A program made the position numbers and the translations under genes. Shown here one piece after another: positions 1-9,439 of a stretch of DNA of 64,000 bases. Positions within the stretch are counted from its first letter, which is position 1. Each line of letters opens with the position of its first letter. Under the pieces are notes generated by a model, which did no database searches, was not told the origin of the DNA, and was given only the letters and a program-made list of their open reading frames with translations. The DNA comes from a virus. Location of the stretch: IMG/VR virus record IMGVR_UViG_3300049929_000026, positions 73,619 through 137,618 of that record; one strand, given 5' to 3'.

Positions 1-140
1 TTGCCGAATAGTAGTGCCATGTGCGTACCTCAGCCCTGACGGGCTGTTCACCGATTAGCGAGTGGTGAACTCGTGCTGGCCGTTGTCGGGTGGCCGGTAT
101 CCCGTGCACGCCGGAATGGCGTGTGAGTTTTGGTTTGGCG

Positions 141-368
141 TCAGTTCGCCGCGATATCGGCGATCAGCGTGGTGACGGCCGTCGCTGCAGTAGCGTTCGG
201 CGTTCCGCCTGCGTCGACTGGCAAGATTGCCAGAACGAAATCGCGATTCGCAGTGCTCAGCGCACGGCGCGCTGCTTCAGCGAGGCGCTCGCAGGTCTTC
301 GTGTCCGTAGCGGTCAGCAATGCCAGAACGGCGTTAAGCTGCGACTTCGATGTAGCGGTGAGCGCCAT
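141..368 (-). CDS. small hypothetical protein, head/structural region
   Basis: ATG with upstream GGA; co-oriented downstream of portal; Ala/Thr-rich. Confidence 0.5.
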   Translation of the reverse strand: MALTATSKSQLNAVLALLTATDTKTCERLAEAARRALSTANRDFVLAILPVDAGGTPNATAATAVTTLIADIAAN

Positions 369-681
369 TGACTTGTTTTCCTACGGAAGTTTTTGGTGAC
401 GAATGCGCCGAAGGCGAGCTAGCCTTTGCTGATGAGAAAACCGAAAGACATGAGTGCCATCGATTGTCTCAATGAACGCCCACTGCTGGCTTATGCGATA
501 AGCGGCGCAGGCATTGTAACTGCCAGCGAAGTGCTCAGTCGCGAGTCAGCGCTTGACTGGATCAAGTGTGAGAGAGCGATTGAGCGCGAGTCAGCGCGCT
601 GTAACTTCCGCAAGCCAAACAAGATGACATTGCTGGCGGTGGAATATCGCGTCGCGAGAGTTCACGTGCTCAAGGCGTGAG

Positions 682-1119
682 TTACGCCGACTTCTCTCCG
701 AAGCCAGTCACGTACAATTCGACTGCCGCACCGGCGCTTGTGCTTGAGCCGGCGACGTAAACCAATCGGAAGCCTTCGCCTGGATGCCCACCGAGGAACG
801 TCGCGGCGGACAGTCCGACAGCGGGGGCGGCGTCCGTGCCTGCGTTCGCAGCGACGATCGTTGTCGAGTCCGCCATTGAGCACTTGAGCGAATACCTCAC
901 TGCTGCGCCGCCTGCTGCGATCTGTACGAAGTGACACCAGTCGGCCCACACGTTCGCGGCGACCAAGCGTTGTAGGTAGATATCGAGCACTCCACCCGTC
1001 GCGCCGACAAGCAGCGCGTCGATTCGCAAAGAGGTGAAGCGACCGAGCCCACGCAGTCCAGCACCGACAACGGTGCTGGCGGCGGCCGGGCTCGTATCTG
1101 TGACGTGGAAAACTTGCAT
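682..1119 (-). CDS. hypothetical protein, possibly virion-associated
   Basis: Start re-set to MQVFHV just after the stop of the kinase ORF; beta-rich composition; downstream of portal. Confidence 0.5.
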   Translation of the reverse strand: MQVFHVTDTSPAAASTVVGAGLRGLGRFTSLRIDALLVGATGGVLDIYLQRLVAANVWADWCHFVQIAAGGAAVRYSLKCSMADSTTIVAANAGTDAAPAVGLSAATFLGGHPGEGFRLVYVAGSSTSAGAAVELYVTGFGEKSA

Positions 1120-1123
1120 GGGT

Positions 1124-1597
1124 TCAGCTATTCGCTTCCAAAATCTTCGCACCCCGACGCCGAAGCTCCGGAGCGATCTCACGCCAGACGGTCACGCAGC
1201 CCTTAGCCATGGTGGCTTGCCCGGCAGTGCGCTCGACAACAGGCGTATCGAGATGAATGATCAGATCGGCAGGGACGCCGTTCGGGTTACGAAGCAACCA
1301 CTTCCGCAGCGCTCGCCCCATCGCAACGTTCTCGCAGATCCAAGGCCCCGGAGCGTCGAGCCAAGAGGATGCTCGGAGGGAACCCTCCGACCACTCGGTA
1401 CCGACCAGCTCTTCGCCGTCGTGCACCTTGTAACCCTGGAGTTCAAGCTTGCCGGCTAGGGTTGTTTTGCCCGACCGCGGCGCTCCGGCTATCACGATTC
1501 GCTCGTGTCGCTGGTGGCGCAACAGGCTGGCCAGGCCGTTCAGTGCCAGTCTGTGGTGCAAATAGAGCTGCTGCAGCTGCTCGCTCGGCTGCGGCAT
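1124..1597 (-). CDS. P-loop NTPase / nucleotide kinase-like protein
   Basis: Walker A IVIAGAPRSGKTTLA; start uncertain; 5' end overlaps portal 3' end. Confidence 0.65.
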   Translation of the reverse strand: MPQPSEQLQQLYLHHRLALNGLASLLRHQRHERIVIAGAPRSGKTTLAGKLELQGYKVHDGEELVGTEWSEGSLRASSWLDAPGPWICENVAMGRALRKWLLRNPNGVPADLIIHLDTPVVERTAGQATMAKGCVTVWREIAPELRRRGAKILEANS

Positions 1598-3035
1598 CGA
1601 CTGCGGGATCGGTGGTTCCAGCTTCAATCTCCGTCTGGACCTTTGCCTTCGTGGCTTGGTCCATGTCGGGCAAGAGGCCCTCGGCGAGCTTGTTGAACAT
1701 CTGCACGCGGAAGGTCCGGCTGGGGATGCTCCCAAACGTCTGGACCTTCACCATGGTATCAACGAGACCGATCAGGTCGGCGGAGGCGAAGTCGTCCAAG
1801 CCCTCGACTGACCACTTGAACCTGTCGCCACGAAGGGCTTCGAGCATGTCGTAAACGCGCTCGATCGTCTCTTTGACGACCCGCGCATATGCAAGCAGGA
1901 TCACGCGGGTGGACTGTGCGTCCTCGCTCTTGCTCTCAGCGGTGCGCCCAATGGCTGCAGCGTTGTTCTCGACGCCAAGTGCCATCTGGTGGGCAAGACG
2001 AAAAATCTCGTCCTTCTGTGACGCGATGTTTACGTCGAGCGCCGAAAAATGCGCGGATGGTGGCGCTTGCCAGCCTGCTTTTTCTTCAGTCCCTAGAACA
2101 ATTCCGCGGCCAGCTCCGACGGTCTCTTTCACGAACTCCTCGGGCGAAGTTACGTTGTAGACCATCATCGCGTAGCACGATGTGGCTAGGCTCCAGCTCT
2201 GCGCGTTTGAGGCGCGGAAGTGCGAGAGCTGTGGCGTCTTCAATCGGCTTGCGGCCCAAAGCCCACGCGGGAGGTCGATGCAGACTAGCGGGACCCGGCC
2301 GAAACCGTGATCGCGCGTGCCAACGAGTGGAACGACCGTTTCAGGCGGTGGCGGGCGGTCTCGCTCATAGGTCAGGGCGTAGCTGTCGACACGGTCTGGT
2401 AGGTAGTGTTCCCACGTAACAGTGACTTGGTTTCGCTTTGCCGATAGGCCGGCGCGTCGCGCGTCGCAGCTATGAACAATTGCCCACGCAAGGCGGCCCT
2501 GGTCGTCCGACTCCCAGTCAAGGACTTGATTGAACGATAGCGGGCGAAGCCAGCACTCACCTAGTTTTAGGTTATCGAACTCTGCGCGATTGGCCGGTGG
2601 CGTTTGGCCTTCGAGCGGAACTGGTTGTTCGACCGACAGCCACGAAGTGCGGTGGACCATCGCATCGGTCAGGCGGTCCTTGAAGAAGGCGTCGAGATCA
2701 GTTCCGGCCCGATCGCAGTCCTCGCGAAATGCCGAGTAGAAGTCCCCAGGGTCCGGGTTGACTTCTTGCGTCTTGTCGTCCCGCGCGACGACATTCGGCT
2801 TGCTCGTGAATAGCAACGCCGCAAAGTAGTCGATGATCGCGCCGAGGTAGTTGCGGTAGAAGGCCGTACGCTTCCGGAGCTCGTAGCGAGGCCCCGTTTC
2901 TTGCTCCCACTGCGGCAAAAAACGGGTTACCCGCTGCTCAAACAGCTCATCGCCCTCATACAGCGCCTCCAGATCGCGCATCCGCTCGATATTGCACGAG
3001 GGGTGGCGTTGGTTAAGGTCTTGGATGGTGGGCAT
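1443..3035 (-). CDS. phage portal protein
   Basis: 530 aa directly downstream of terminase; portal-like motifs (YELRKRTAFYRNY, HGFGRVPLV, AESKSED). Confidence 0.8.
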   Translation of the reverse strand: MPTIQDLNQRHPSCNIERMRDLEALYEGDELFEQRVTRFLPQWEQETGPRYELRKRTAFYRNYLGAIIDYFAALLFTSKPNVVARDDKTQEVNPDPGDFYSAFREDCDRAGTDLDAFFKDRLTDAMVHRTSWLSVEQPVPLEGQTPPANRAEFDNLKLGECWLRPLSFNQVLDWESDDQGRLAWAIVHSCDARRAGLSAKRNQVTVTWEHYLPDRVDSYALTYERDRPPPPETVVPLVGTRDHGFGRVPLVCIDLPRGLWAASRLKTPQLSHFRASNAQSWSLATSCYAMMVYNVTSPEEFVKETVGAGRGIVLGTEEKAGWQAPPSAHFSALDVNIASQKDEIFRLAHQMALGVENNAAAIGRTAESKSEDAQSTRVILLAYARVVKETIERVYDMLEALRGDRFKWSVEGLDDFASADLIGLVDTMVKVQTFGSIPSRTFRVQMFNKLAEGLLPDMDQATKAKVQTEIEAGTTDPAVDAAAERAAAAALFAPQTGTERPGQPVAPPATRANRDSRSAAVGQNNPSRQA

Positions 3036-3038
3036 CGA

Positions 3039-4367
3039 TCATTGCAGCATTGCGTAACTCGCCGTGCGGCCGAGCATGAGGGCACTCAGTGCCCACACGA
3101 GAGCGTCCATCCGGTCTGGGCTCTTTGAGGCGAGAGCTGGGTCCCAGCTCACCATCTGGTCTTCGAGTTTTGGGAAACATCCAATGTGGTGGACCTTCCC
3201 CTGCTCATAGAGTGCAGCGATCGGCTCTGCTCGAATGGCCTTACCGCGGCTAGCATGGACCTTGGAGACGGGAATGTTTGACGCCGCGGTGCGTAGATTG
3301 GCTTCGACCAAATCACCACCGTTGTTGACCTCAGCCACCACACGGTCCGCCTTGTGTCTCTTGTAGATGGCGACTACCTGCTGCGCCCATTGGTTCGGGG
3401 TCGCCATGGAAAGCGACCCGTCTTCAATGACGTAGGCGTGCTTGTCGTGCCCAAGTCCAACGCAGATGATGCCGGTCTCGTCGCTATCTTCGTTTACGCT
3501 GACCGCTGGATCAACCGCGACTACGACGCGCCGGAACTCAGGAGCGTCCTTTGGCGCAACACGCAATTGCTCAATACGCCCGCGCTTCCAAAGCGCTCCC
3601 GGGGCGTCGTCTAAAACCTCTCCGTCAAGCTCCTGACGGCCTAGCCGGGTGCCCTCATACTTGCGCACGATCTGCGCAAGGAAGGTGGGAGCTAGGTTCG
3701 CCTGGTTGTCGCGCGTTCGACCGCGCGTCACCACAACGTCTGTGCCCTCACGCGAAAGCAACGAACGGATGATATCCGTCGGGCGAGGGGTAGTCGCGAC
3801 GACTGCTCGGGGGCGGCGGCCCAGCCGTAGACCCAGCATTGCCTGGTCCCAAGCCTCTGGGTACCGCCAAGCCGCGAGTTCGTCCGCTACGAAAAAATCA
3901 TGTTGTGGCCCACGGAACCGGTCGGGCTCATCCGCCGAGAACAGCGTCGCGCGGGCGCCAGTGCTGGGCCATGTCAGCCGGCGTTTGCTCGGCTCATAGA
4001 CGGGCCGGTTCCAAGGCGGAGACTTGGCCAAGAAGCCACTCTCGCCTTCGATCAAGATGTCGCGGACGTCAGCCGACGTCGCACCGGCGATCCCGATCCG
4101 GCCAGCCCGCTTGGCAGCGACCTCTTCCTGAACGCATTCGACGATCGATCGTGTCTTGCCGAATCCGCGACCAGCGAGGATCAGCCAGATGAACCAGTTG
4201 TCCCCGCCTGGGGTGAACTGTCCGGGCCGGCCCCAAAACCGCCACTCATGGACAAGGGCTTGGCTCTCAGCCTCCGTCAGGCTTTTGAGGATCCGATCCC
4301 GCTCCAGTTGCGGAAGCTGCGCCAGCGACGAGGCCAGCGAGACGTTCGAGAAGTTGGCTTCGGGCAT
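3039..4367 (-). CDS. terL: terminase large subunit
   Basis: Walker A LAGRGFGKT, RFRGPQ, Walker B VADELA, TTP motif, nuclease VDPA...SDETG and SPDRMDA. Confidence 0.95.
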   Translation of the reverse strand: MPEANFSNVSLASSLAQLPQLERDRILKSLTEAESQALVHEWRFWGRPGQFTPGGDNWFIWLILAGRGFGKTRSIVECVQEEVAAKRAGRIGIAGATSADVRDILIEGESGFLAKSPPWNRPVYEPSKRRLTWPSTGARATLFSADEPDRFRGPQHDFFVADELAAWRYPEAWDQAMLGLRLGRRPRAVVATTPRPTDIIRSLLSREGTDVVVTRGRTRDNQANLAPTFLAQIVRKYEGTRLGRQELDGEVLDDAPGALWKRGRIEQLRVAPKDAPEFRRVVVAVDPAVSVNEDSDETGIICVGLGHDKHAYVIEDGSLSMATPNQWAQQVVAIYKRHKADRVVAEVNNGGDLVEANLRTAASNIPVSKVHASRGKAIRAEPIAALYEQGKVHHIGCFPKLEDQMVSWDPALASKSPDRMDALVWALSALMLGRTASYAMLQ

Positions 4368-4803
4368 CGATCGGGATCGGATCTCCGTCGGGTCCGCTCA
4401 GTTCCTGCTTGGTGGGCGCGTCGAAGCCGAGCGTCTTGGCGCGGCGCTGCTCGATCCGCACCAGACGGTCAACCGCGTCGAAATCCCCCGTCACCACGGA
4501 AGGCCAAATCCCCTTCATGGCGGTATCCAGGCGTTCCAGGCTGATGGCCTTTTGCTGCTCAACGAACCCGTCAGCGGTGCTTCTTGTTCTAGCTAGAACG
4601 GCGTCTAGGTCGCGCTGAACGGTGGCCAATCCAACCTTCAGGTGCCCGGCTATCTCCCGGACGGTCCACCCCGCAACCCGGAGCTTGGTCGTCTGCTCCC
4701 GACGTTGCTCGATGGCCATCTCCGCGGCCTTCTGCTTCGTCGTTCGCTTCTTGCGGGGCTTTTTGGCTGGCTTCTTCGGCCTTGGGTCTTGTTCCGTGTC
4801 CAT
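4267..4803 (-). CDS. terS: terminase small subunit
   Basis: HTH (GWTVREIAGHLKVGLATVQRDL), C-terminal ELSGPDGDPI motif, immediately upstream of terL. Confidence 0.75.
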   Translation of the reverse strand: MDTEQDPRPKKPAKKPRKKRTTKQKAAEMAIEQRREQTTKLRVAGWTVREIAGHLKVGLATVQRDLDAVLARTRSTADGFVEQQKAISLERLDTAMKGIWPSVVTGDFDAVDRLVRIEQRRAKTLGFDAPTKQELSGPDGDPIPIDARSQLLERLAGLVAGAASATGAGSDPQKPDGG

Positions 4804-4932
4804 GGGTGTTCCACGTTTAGCGGCTAGCCCTGGACGATCGATACGGTTTATTGAGTCGCAGACGATGTCTGCGTCCAGTCAGCCGTGCTCATCCCGTGGC
4901 TTAAACGATGATGAAAGAATCAACGCCGCGCC

Positions 4933-5400
4933 TTAGTTTCTGAGCGCTTCGTTCACCGCTACCCGCACGCTGGCCCGCCTCGCGAGCTTCCGCAGCGCAT
5001 CAAACTCAACCTGGCGAATCCGCTCCCGGCTGACGCCGCCGATTTCGCCGATCTGCTCGAGCGTCATCTCGACGCCTGGCTTCACTCGATAGGCCATGAT
5101 GGCTTTCCAATCGATTCCGCCGGCTCGGGATGGTATGCAGCCCAATCCGAGGTGCGCGGTTGATCCGCAGCGGCGGCAGTACATCGGCGCTTTCTCGGGC
5201 GTTCGTGCCGGTATTGCCTGCAAGGACGGAGGCGATGCTGGGCGGCTTTTGCCCGCCTTCTGCTCGGCTGCTTGCCGAGAGCGCTCCCGCCTCAATTCCC
5301 TGCCTGACTTCTTCACCGAGTCGCCCGGTCCTCGGCATCGTTCCGGCGCATCTGCCGGGCAATCCCGAATTCCCCAATCTTCGCCTTGAGCGTGGGCCAT
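4933..5400 (-). CDS. sigma-70 region-4 HTH protein with Zn-knuckle
   Basis: MTLEQIGEIGGVSRERIRQVEFDALRKL matches sigma region 4.2; CRRCGSTAHLGLGC; start uncertain. Confidence 0.7.
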   Translation of the reverse strand: MAHAQGEDWGIRDCPADAPERCRGPGDSVKKSGRELRRERSRQAAEQKAGKSRPASPPSLQAIPARTPEKAPMYCRRCGSTAHLGLGCIPSRAGGIDWKAIMAYRVKPGVEMTLEQIGEIGGVSRERIRQVEFDALRKLARRASVRVAVNEALRN

Positions 5401-5912
5401 CCCATCGCTGGGGTGGGTTCTGGGCGGTGCTGGCCGGGGGTGTGTTGGTCGGCGTAGAGGGTTCGTTGGCGGCGCTGTTGCGGCTTCTGTGGGCTCATGC
5501 TCGTGGCTTGAGGGGTGAGGCAGGGTGGGTAGGGGTGGTCAGGTGACCGCTTGGCCTGGCGCTTGCTTATGCCGTCCCTCATGAGGGAAACAACGAAGGC
5601 TCGACCGTTGGCTGATTTCTACACGCAGCACCTGGGGACTCCGACGGCTGGAGCAGGGACTGCGGAGCATCTGACCTACGTCCGCATGCGGCGCGTCCAG
5701 ATGGCGTCAGGAGCTTGGGGCTGGGCTCAGCGCTCGGTGCCTGGACAGAACCGGCGAAGCGCTGGGGCTGGGGTGCGGCAGCTCCGATAGCTGGGGGCGC
5801 CCAGGTGATTGGGGCTTCCTGTCGCCGTACCGAGTTCCCGATGCGCATCCCCAGGAAGAGCGGGGCTCCGTGCGACCCGCTTTCTATAGACGTGCAGCAA
5901 AACCGTGGGCGA

Positions 5913-6362
5913 TCACGTCCCAGTTGCGTCTCGATCAAGCTCCGCCATCTGGGCTATGAATGTGGCGGTAAGCTTCTGTTTCTGTTCGAGAATCCGAATG
6001 CGTGAACCATGGTCATTCACTCGGCGGCGGAGGTCCTTGCATTCCAGGCCGATTTCGATCGTGTTCTTCTCCAGGTCGTCGATCGCTTTGAGCGTCTCTT
6101 GTGGCAACAGATCCTCCAGTGCGCGCTTGCTCACGTAGAGGGCGCGCCCCACGCGCTTAGCGTAAGTGGTGGCGTTCCTGCGCTCAAGCGACCGTAGGAG
6201 GCGGTAGACGTACTTGCGGCGCGTCGCGCGCGTCATGCTGGCGAGCTTCGGGTGGCTGGGCTCGAGGATTTTGGCGAGCTCCACGAGCAGGAACCATCGG
6301 TCGCGGCGGGGCCTCACGGGTCGAGTCCTGGCAACGGGATATCGCCGCGCGCTTCGAGCCAT
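5913..6362 (-). CDS. hypothetical basic, probably DNA-binding protein (paralog of 6823..7245)
   Basis: Shares RPRRxRW...ERRxxxxYxKRxG motif and C-terminal coiled coil with 6823..7245. Confidence 0.6.
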   Translation of the reverse strand: MARSARRYPVARTRPVRPRRDRWFLLVELAKILEPSHPKLASMTRATRRKYVYRLLRSLERRNATTYAKRVGRALYVSKRALEDLLPQETLKAIDDLEKNTIEIGLECKDLRRRVNDHGSRIRILEQKQKLTATFIAQMAELDRDATGT

Positions 6363-6826
6363 CGGCGGCGGATATCCACCTCACTCAGATCGGGGCGCCG
6401 GGCCAGCCAACGCGGGAGCGTCAGGTCGGTCTTGTTGCTATTGCAGGGCTGGCAGGCCGGAGCGAGATTCCCCTCATCGTGTCGACCGCCGCGCACGAAG
6501 GCGACGATGTGGTCGAGCACGAGCAGATCGGCCCGTGTTCCACAATACAAGCAGGAGTAGCCGTGAAGGCGTTCAAGACGCCAGCGCAGTCCGACTGGGT
6601 GAGGCGAGCGACGGGCCGCGATTGCGCTAAGCGGCTGCCGCAGTGATTCCGTGATCGTCAGGTCCTCATCCGGCGCCTGGCCCCACCGGCCGAATGCACG
6701 TTCCTTGGCCAGCCGAAGCGCTCCCAAGCCACCACCATCCGCATCCAAGCTCGACTCGAAAATTAGACGCTTGAAAGCCTCCTCGAACCGCTCCCCGTCA
6801 TAGGCGGTACCGCGTCGGCGCGTCAC
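6314..6826 (-). CDS. HNH endonuclease
   Basis: CLYCG...LDHIVAFVRGGRHDEGNLAPACQPCNSNK. Confidence 0.9.
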   Translation of the reverse strand: MTRRRGTAYDGERFEEAFKRLIFESSLDADGGGLGALRLAKERAFGRWGQAPDEDLTITESLRQPLSAIAARRSPHPVGLRWRLERLHGYSCLYCGTRADLLVLDHIVAFVRGGRHDEGNLAPACQPCNSNKTDLTLPRWLARRPDLSEVDIRRRWLEARGDIPLPGLDP

Positions 6827-7245
6827 GGCAGCAACTTCCGTTCGATTTCCGCGAGGCGTAGCGCCTGGCCACGGATGAGCGCTCCCTGCGCCTTTATCGT
6901 CGCTCTCAGCCTTTTTAGTTCCGCCTCCAGAAACTCCACCCCCGGATCGCGCTGCCCGTGTTCTTTGGCGCTAGCCAACAGCGGCAGGCAGACCCTTTTG
7001 ACGAAGATGTCTCCACCGGCTCGCTTCGTGTATGCCGCCGAATCGCGACGCTCAGCGCTGCCAACGAGCCGGCGAACCGCTTCGCGTTGGCGTTTCCTGT
7101 CCTTGTCGGCGATCTTCGTCCAGAACGCCGGGTGGTGTTCAGGTAACGCACCGAGAACCTCCGGCATGGAGAGCCAGCGTTGGCGACGAGGTCTCATCCT
7201 GGCCAGCTCGGTAGCAACGAGTCGACGCCATCGGGGCATTTGCAT
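6823..7245 (-). CDS. hypothetical basic protein (paralog of 5913..6362)
   Basis: Paralogy as above; stop/start overlap with the HNH gene. Confidence 0.6.
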   Translation of the reverse strand: MQMPRWRRLVATELARMRPRRQRWLSMPEVLGALPEHHPAFWTKIADKDRKRQREAVRRLVGSAERRDSAAYTKRAGGDIFVKRVCLPLLASAKEHGQRDPGVEFLEAELKRLRATIKAQGALIRGQALRLAEIERKLLP

Positions 7246-7546
7246 CTTCCCGGACGCTTATGGCACTCGGCGCAGAGATCTAACTCCGCATGCTCGGCGA
7301 AAGCCTCGTCCCCCACCGCCATCCGTATCTGTTGCTCTATCAGAGCTCGACCGCGAGCCTTCACATCGATCGCGTCACGGAGCCTCTCGTTGATTACGGC
7401 TCGATTGGATTTCTGGCGTTTGGTCGGTTGAGTACTCGGGGCATCGGATGCAGCGAGTACTCGTTCGGCGGCGGCTGGGGTGAGCCACCGCCTTATTTGA
7501 CCTCGTTCGGCGTCACTTAGGCGCGCCTTCCCGGTCTCCCCCCCCC

Positions 7547-8005
7547 TCACGACTCACTCACCGGAAAACAGATGTCGCGCTTCCAGAGCTCGAAAGCGTA
7601 CAAGGCGTCCGACTTCTGCAGCCGCCCGGCCGAAGTCGCCTGCCAGTTCTGCCCGTCGTCGATCACGCAGGTCAGGCACAAGAGCTCGCCGCGCTTGGCC
7701 CGCTCGAGCAGGACTTCGAGGTGCTGGATGATGACCGCCGAGTACTCTGACCGGCTGGTGTCGATGGCGCGGAGGTTTGTGGGCGCTCGGCCGGACTCTC
7801 TGACCTCGACCGGCTGTCCCAGGACGTCCGTGGCGGCTAGGTCCGGCGGCTCGGTCTCGCGCGCTACCAGCTCGGTCGGCGTCTCACCGCAGATCACGCA
7901 CGGAAACTCGAATCCCGGCACCTGCCCGATGCTTTTCTCCTCGCAGCCCGGCTTCCGGTGCTTCTCGCAGCGCCAGTTCCGGCGGACGAGCTTGATCTCG
8001 GTCAT
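7547..8005 (-). CDS. hypothetical Zn-finger protein
   Basis: CEKHRKPGC and CVIC; ATGA coupling with upstream gene. Confidence 0.55.
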   Translation of the reverse strand: MTEIKLVRRNWRCEKHRKPGCEEKSIGQVPGFEFPCVICGETPTELVARETEPPDLAATDVLGQPVEVRESGRAPTNLRAIDTSRSEYSAVIIQHLEVLLERAKRGELLCLTCVIDDGQNWQATSAGRLQKSDALYAFELWKRDICFPVSES

Positions 8006-8937
8006 TCCGCCGCCTGGGCCGCCGCCAGACCGCGTTCCATCGCCTCAGCGAAGGCAGCCTCGCTCATCCGCATCAGCACCCCGCCACGCCGCCCCTGGCC
8101 GCCCTGGCGCGGCTCAGTGGTCAACTGACAACGTGCGCGTCCGGTGCGGTCCTGAAAGCTCCTGAGGCCCGGCACGGCGCGCTTGGTCGCGAACCAGATG
8201 TCGTGCGCCTCGGCGTCCGCGGCGTGCGCTCGGTTCAGCGCCTCCCGAACTAGCTTCGCCCGGCGCGCCTGCTCGGACCGGTTGATCTTCCCCTTCCGGA
8301 CTGGGGCGGGCTCGACGCAGGCGACGAACAGCTGGGCCGCGTCGTCGCAGAGTTCAAAGGCCAGCGCCGCGTAAACTCCGAGCCCCTCGTTGGTGTTCGT
8401 ATTGCTACCCGTCCGAGTTGGGTCGTGTTGGCCCACGCGGCCGTCTGAGCCCTCAACATACCGATCCTTGGCTCCGAAGCCTTGGTCAGCCCGATACTGT
8501 GCTCTAGGGGCGCTGTAGCGCTTGCAGAGGGTGTTCTGGGTGGCGGCCGGCACAAGTCGCCAGGCTGCCATCAGGTGCCGATGCAGCTCGATCTCGCCGA
8601 TTCCGAGTACGCCTACGCCTAGCTGCATATCGGTAAAATGGTGCTTGTAGCTCCCTGCGCCGTCGAGATTGCCGGTCCCCCCAACCGAGCCGCGCTCAAT
8701 TTGAGAGACCACGCCGGCCAGGGTGCCGCTTGCGCCCATCGCGGCGTCACCGCAAAGCAGAAACCACGCGAGTTGGTCGTCGTAAGACCCGTCTCGGGCT
8801 GGCCGAGGTCGGCGGTCTTTTGGAAGCTCGCGCGGCGACTCGACGGCCACGCGCGGCACGAGGGTCAATGTAGGCGCTAGGACAACCGACTCACTGGTTA
8901 CCGGGATCAACTCGGTAACCGCTTGCAATTCGGACAT
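8002..8937 (-). CDS. hypothetical protein (position typical of a late-gene regulator)
   Basis: 311-aa ORF with AGGAG RBS; function inferred from position only. Confidence 0.6.
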   Translation of the reverse strand: MSELQAVTELIPVTSESVVLAPTLTLVPRVAVESPRELPKDRRPRPARDGSYDDQLAWFLLCGDAAMGASGTLAGVVSQIERGSVGGTGNLDGAGSYKHHFTDMQLGVGVLGIGEIELHRHLMAAWRLVPAATQNTLCKRYSAPRAQYRADQGFGAKDRYVEGSDGRVGQHDPTRTGSNTNTNEGLGVYAALAFELCDDAAQLFVACVEPAPVRKGKINRSEQARRAKLVREALNRAHAADAEAHDIWFATKRAVPGLRSFQDRTGRARCQLTTEPRQGGQGRRGGVLMRMSEAAFAEAMERGLAAAQAAE

Positions 8938-8945
8938 ATTTGAGA

Positions 8946-9025
8946 CACTCCTTGGGGGGTCAGGGCGGTTCCAGGAGTGCTGAGACCCCGAGGCGAGCTG
9001 TGGCGGCTGGCTTCGGGGTTTTGTT
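8946..9025 (-). promoter_or_regulatory. two leader hairpins, one pairing with the RBS of 8002..8937
   Basis: CACTCCT 8946-8952 pairs with AGGAGTG 8973-8979; ACCCCGAGGC...GCTTCGGGGT stem at ~8985-9019. Confidence 0.5.
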
Positions 9026-9028
9026 CGT

Positions 9029-9301
9029 TCAACTGCTAAGCAAACTCTCCTGCTCAGCGGCCCGCAGTTGTCTGAGCTGCGCTTCGATCCGCTGAGAATC
9101 CACGGTTGGGACGCCGTCGCGCGCCCAAATGCTCCAGATCCTCTCTGCTTGGCAGAGGCTCTCGCTGTCGCCGGTCGCAGCCATTACGCAGCACCTATCG
9201 ATGACCCAGAGCACGTCGTTCGGCTCTAACCCGCCTATGTCAGAATCAGTGCCAGCTTGCGACATTGTCTTCAGAAACATCCCGCGGATCCTTTCCGTCA
9301 T
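9029..9301 (-). CDS. hypothetical protein
   Basis: 90-aa ORF in operon orientation. Confidence 0.45.
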   Translation of the reverse strand: MTERIRGMFLKTMSQAGTDSDIGGLEPNDVLWVIDRCCVMAATGDSESLCQAERIWSIWARDGVPTVDSQRIEAQLRQLRAAEQESLLSS

Positions 9302-9332
9302 CAGTACAGCGCCTAGTACAACGCCTTCCCGA

Positions 9333-9348
9333 CTCTCAACACCTGACT
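9333..9348 (-). repeat. solitary half CRISPR repeat (3' 16 nt AGTCAGGTGTTGAGAG)
   Basis: Exact match to the 3' 16 nt of both array repeats, same orientation. Confidence 0.8.
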
Positions 9349-9383
9349 CTTTTTCTCTTCGTCAGCGGTGGTCACGTGACAAC

Positions 9384-9412
9384 ACGTTACACTGCCTTGC
9401 GGCGGTTTGCCA
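9384..9412 (-). promoter_or_regulatory. putative sigma-70 promoter TGGCAA-N17-TAACGT abutting the palindrome at 9368
   Basis: 17-bp spacing counted; lies 35 nt upstream of the half repeat. Confidence 0.5.
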
Positions 9413-9439
9413 CTGTGAGGCGCTGGCGAGCGCCACAAA

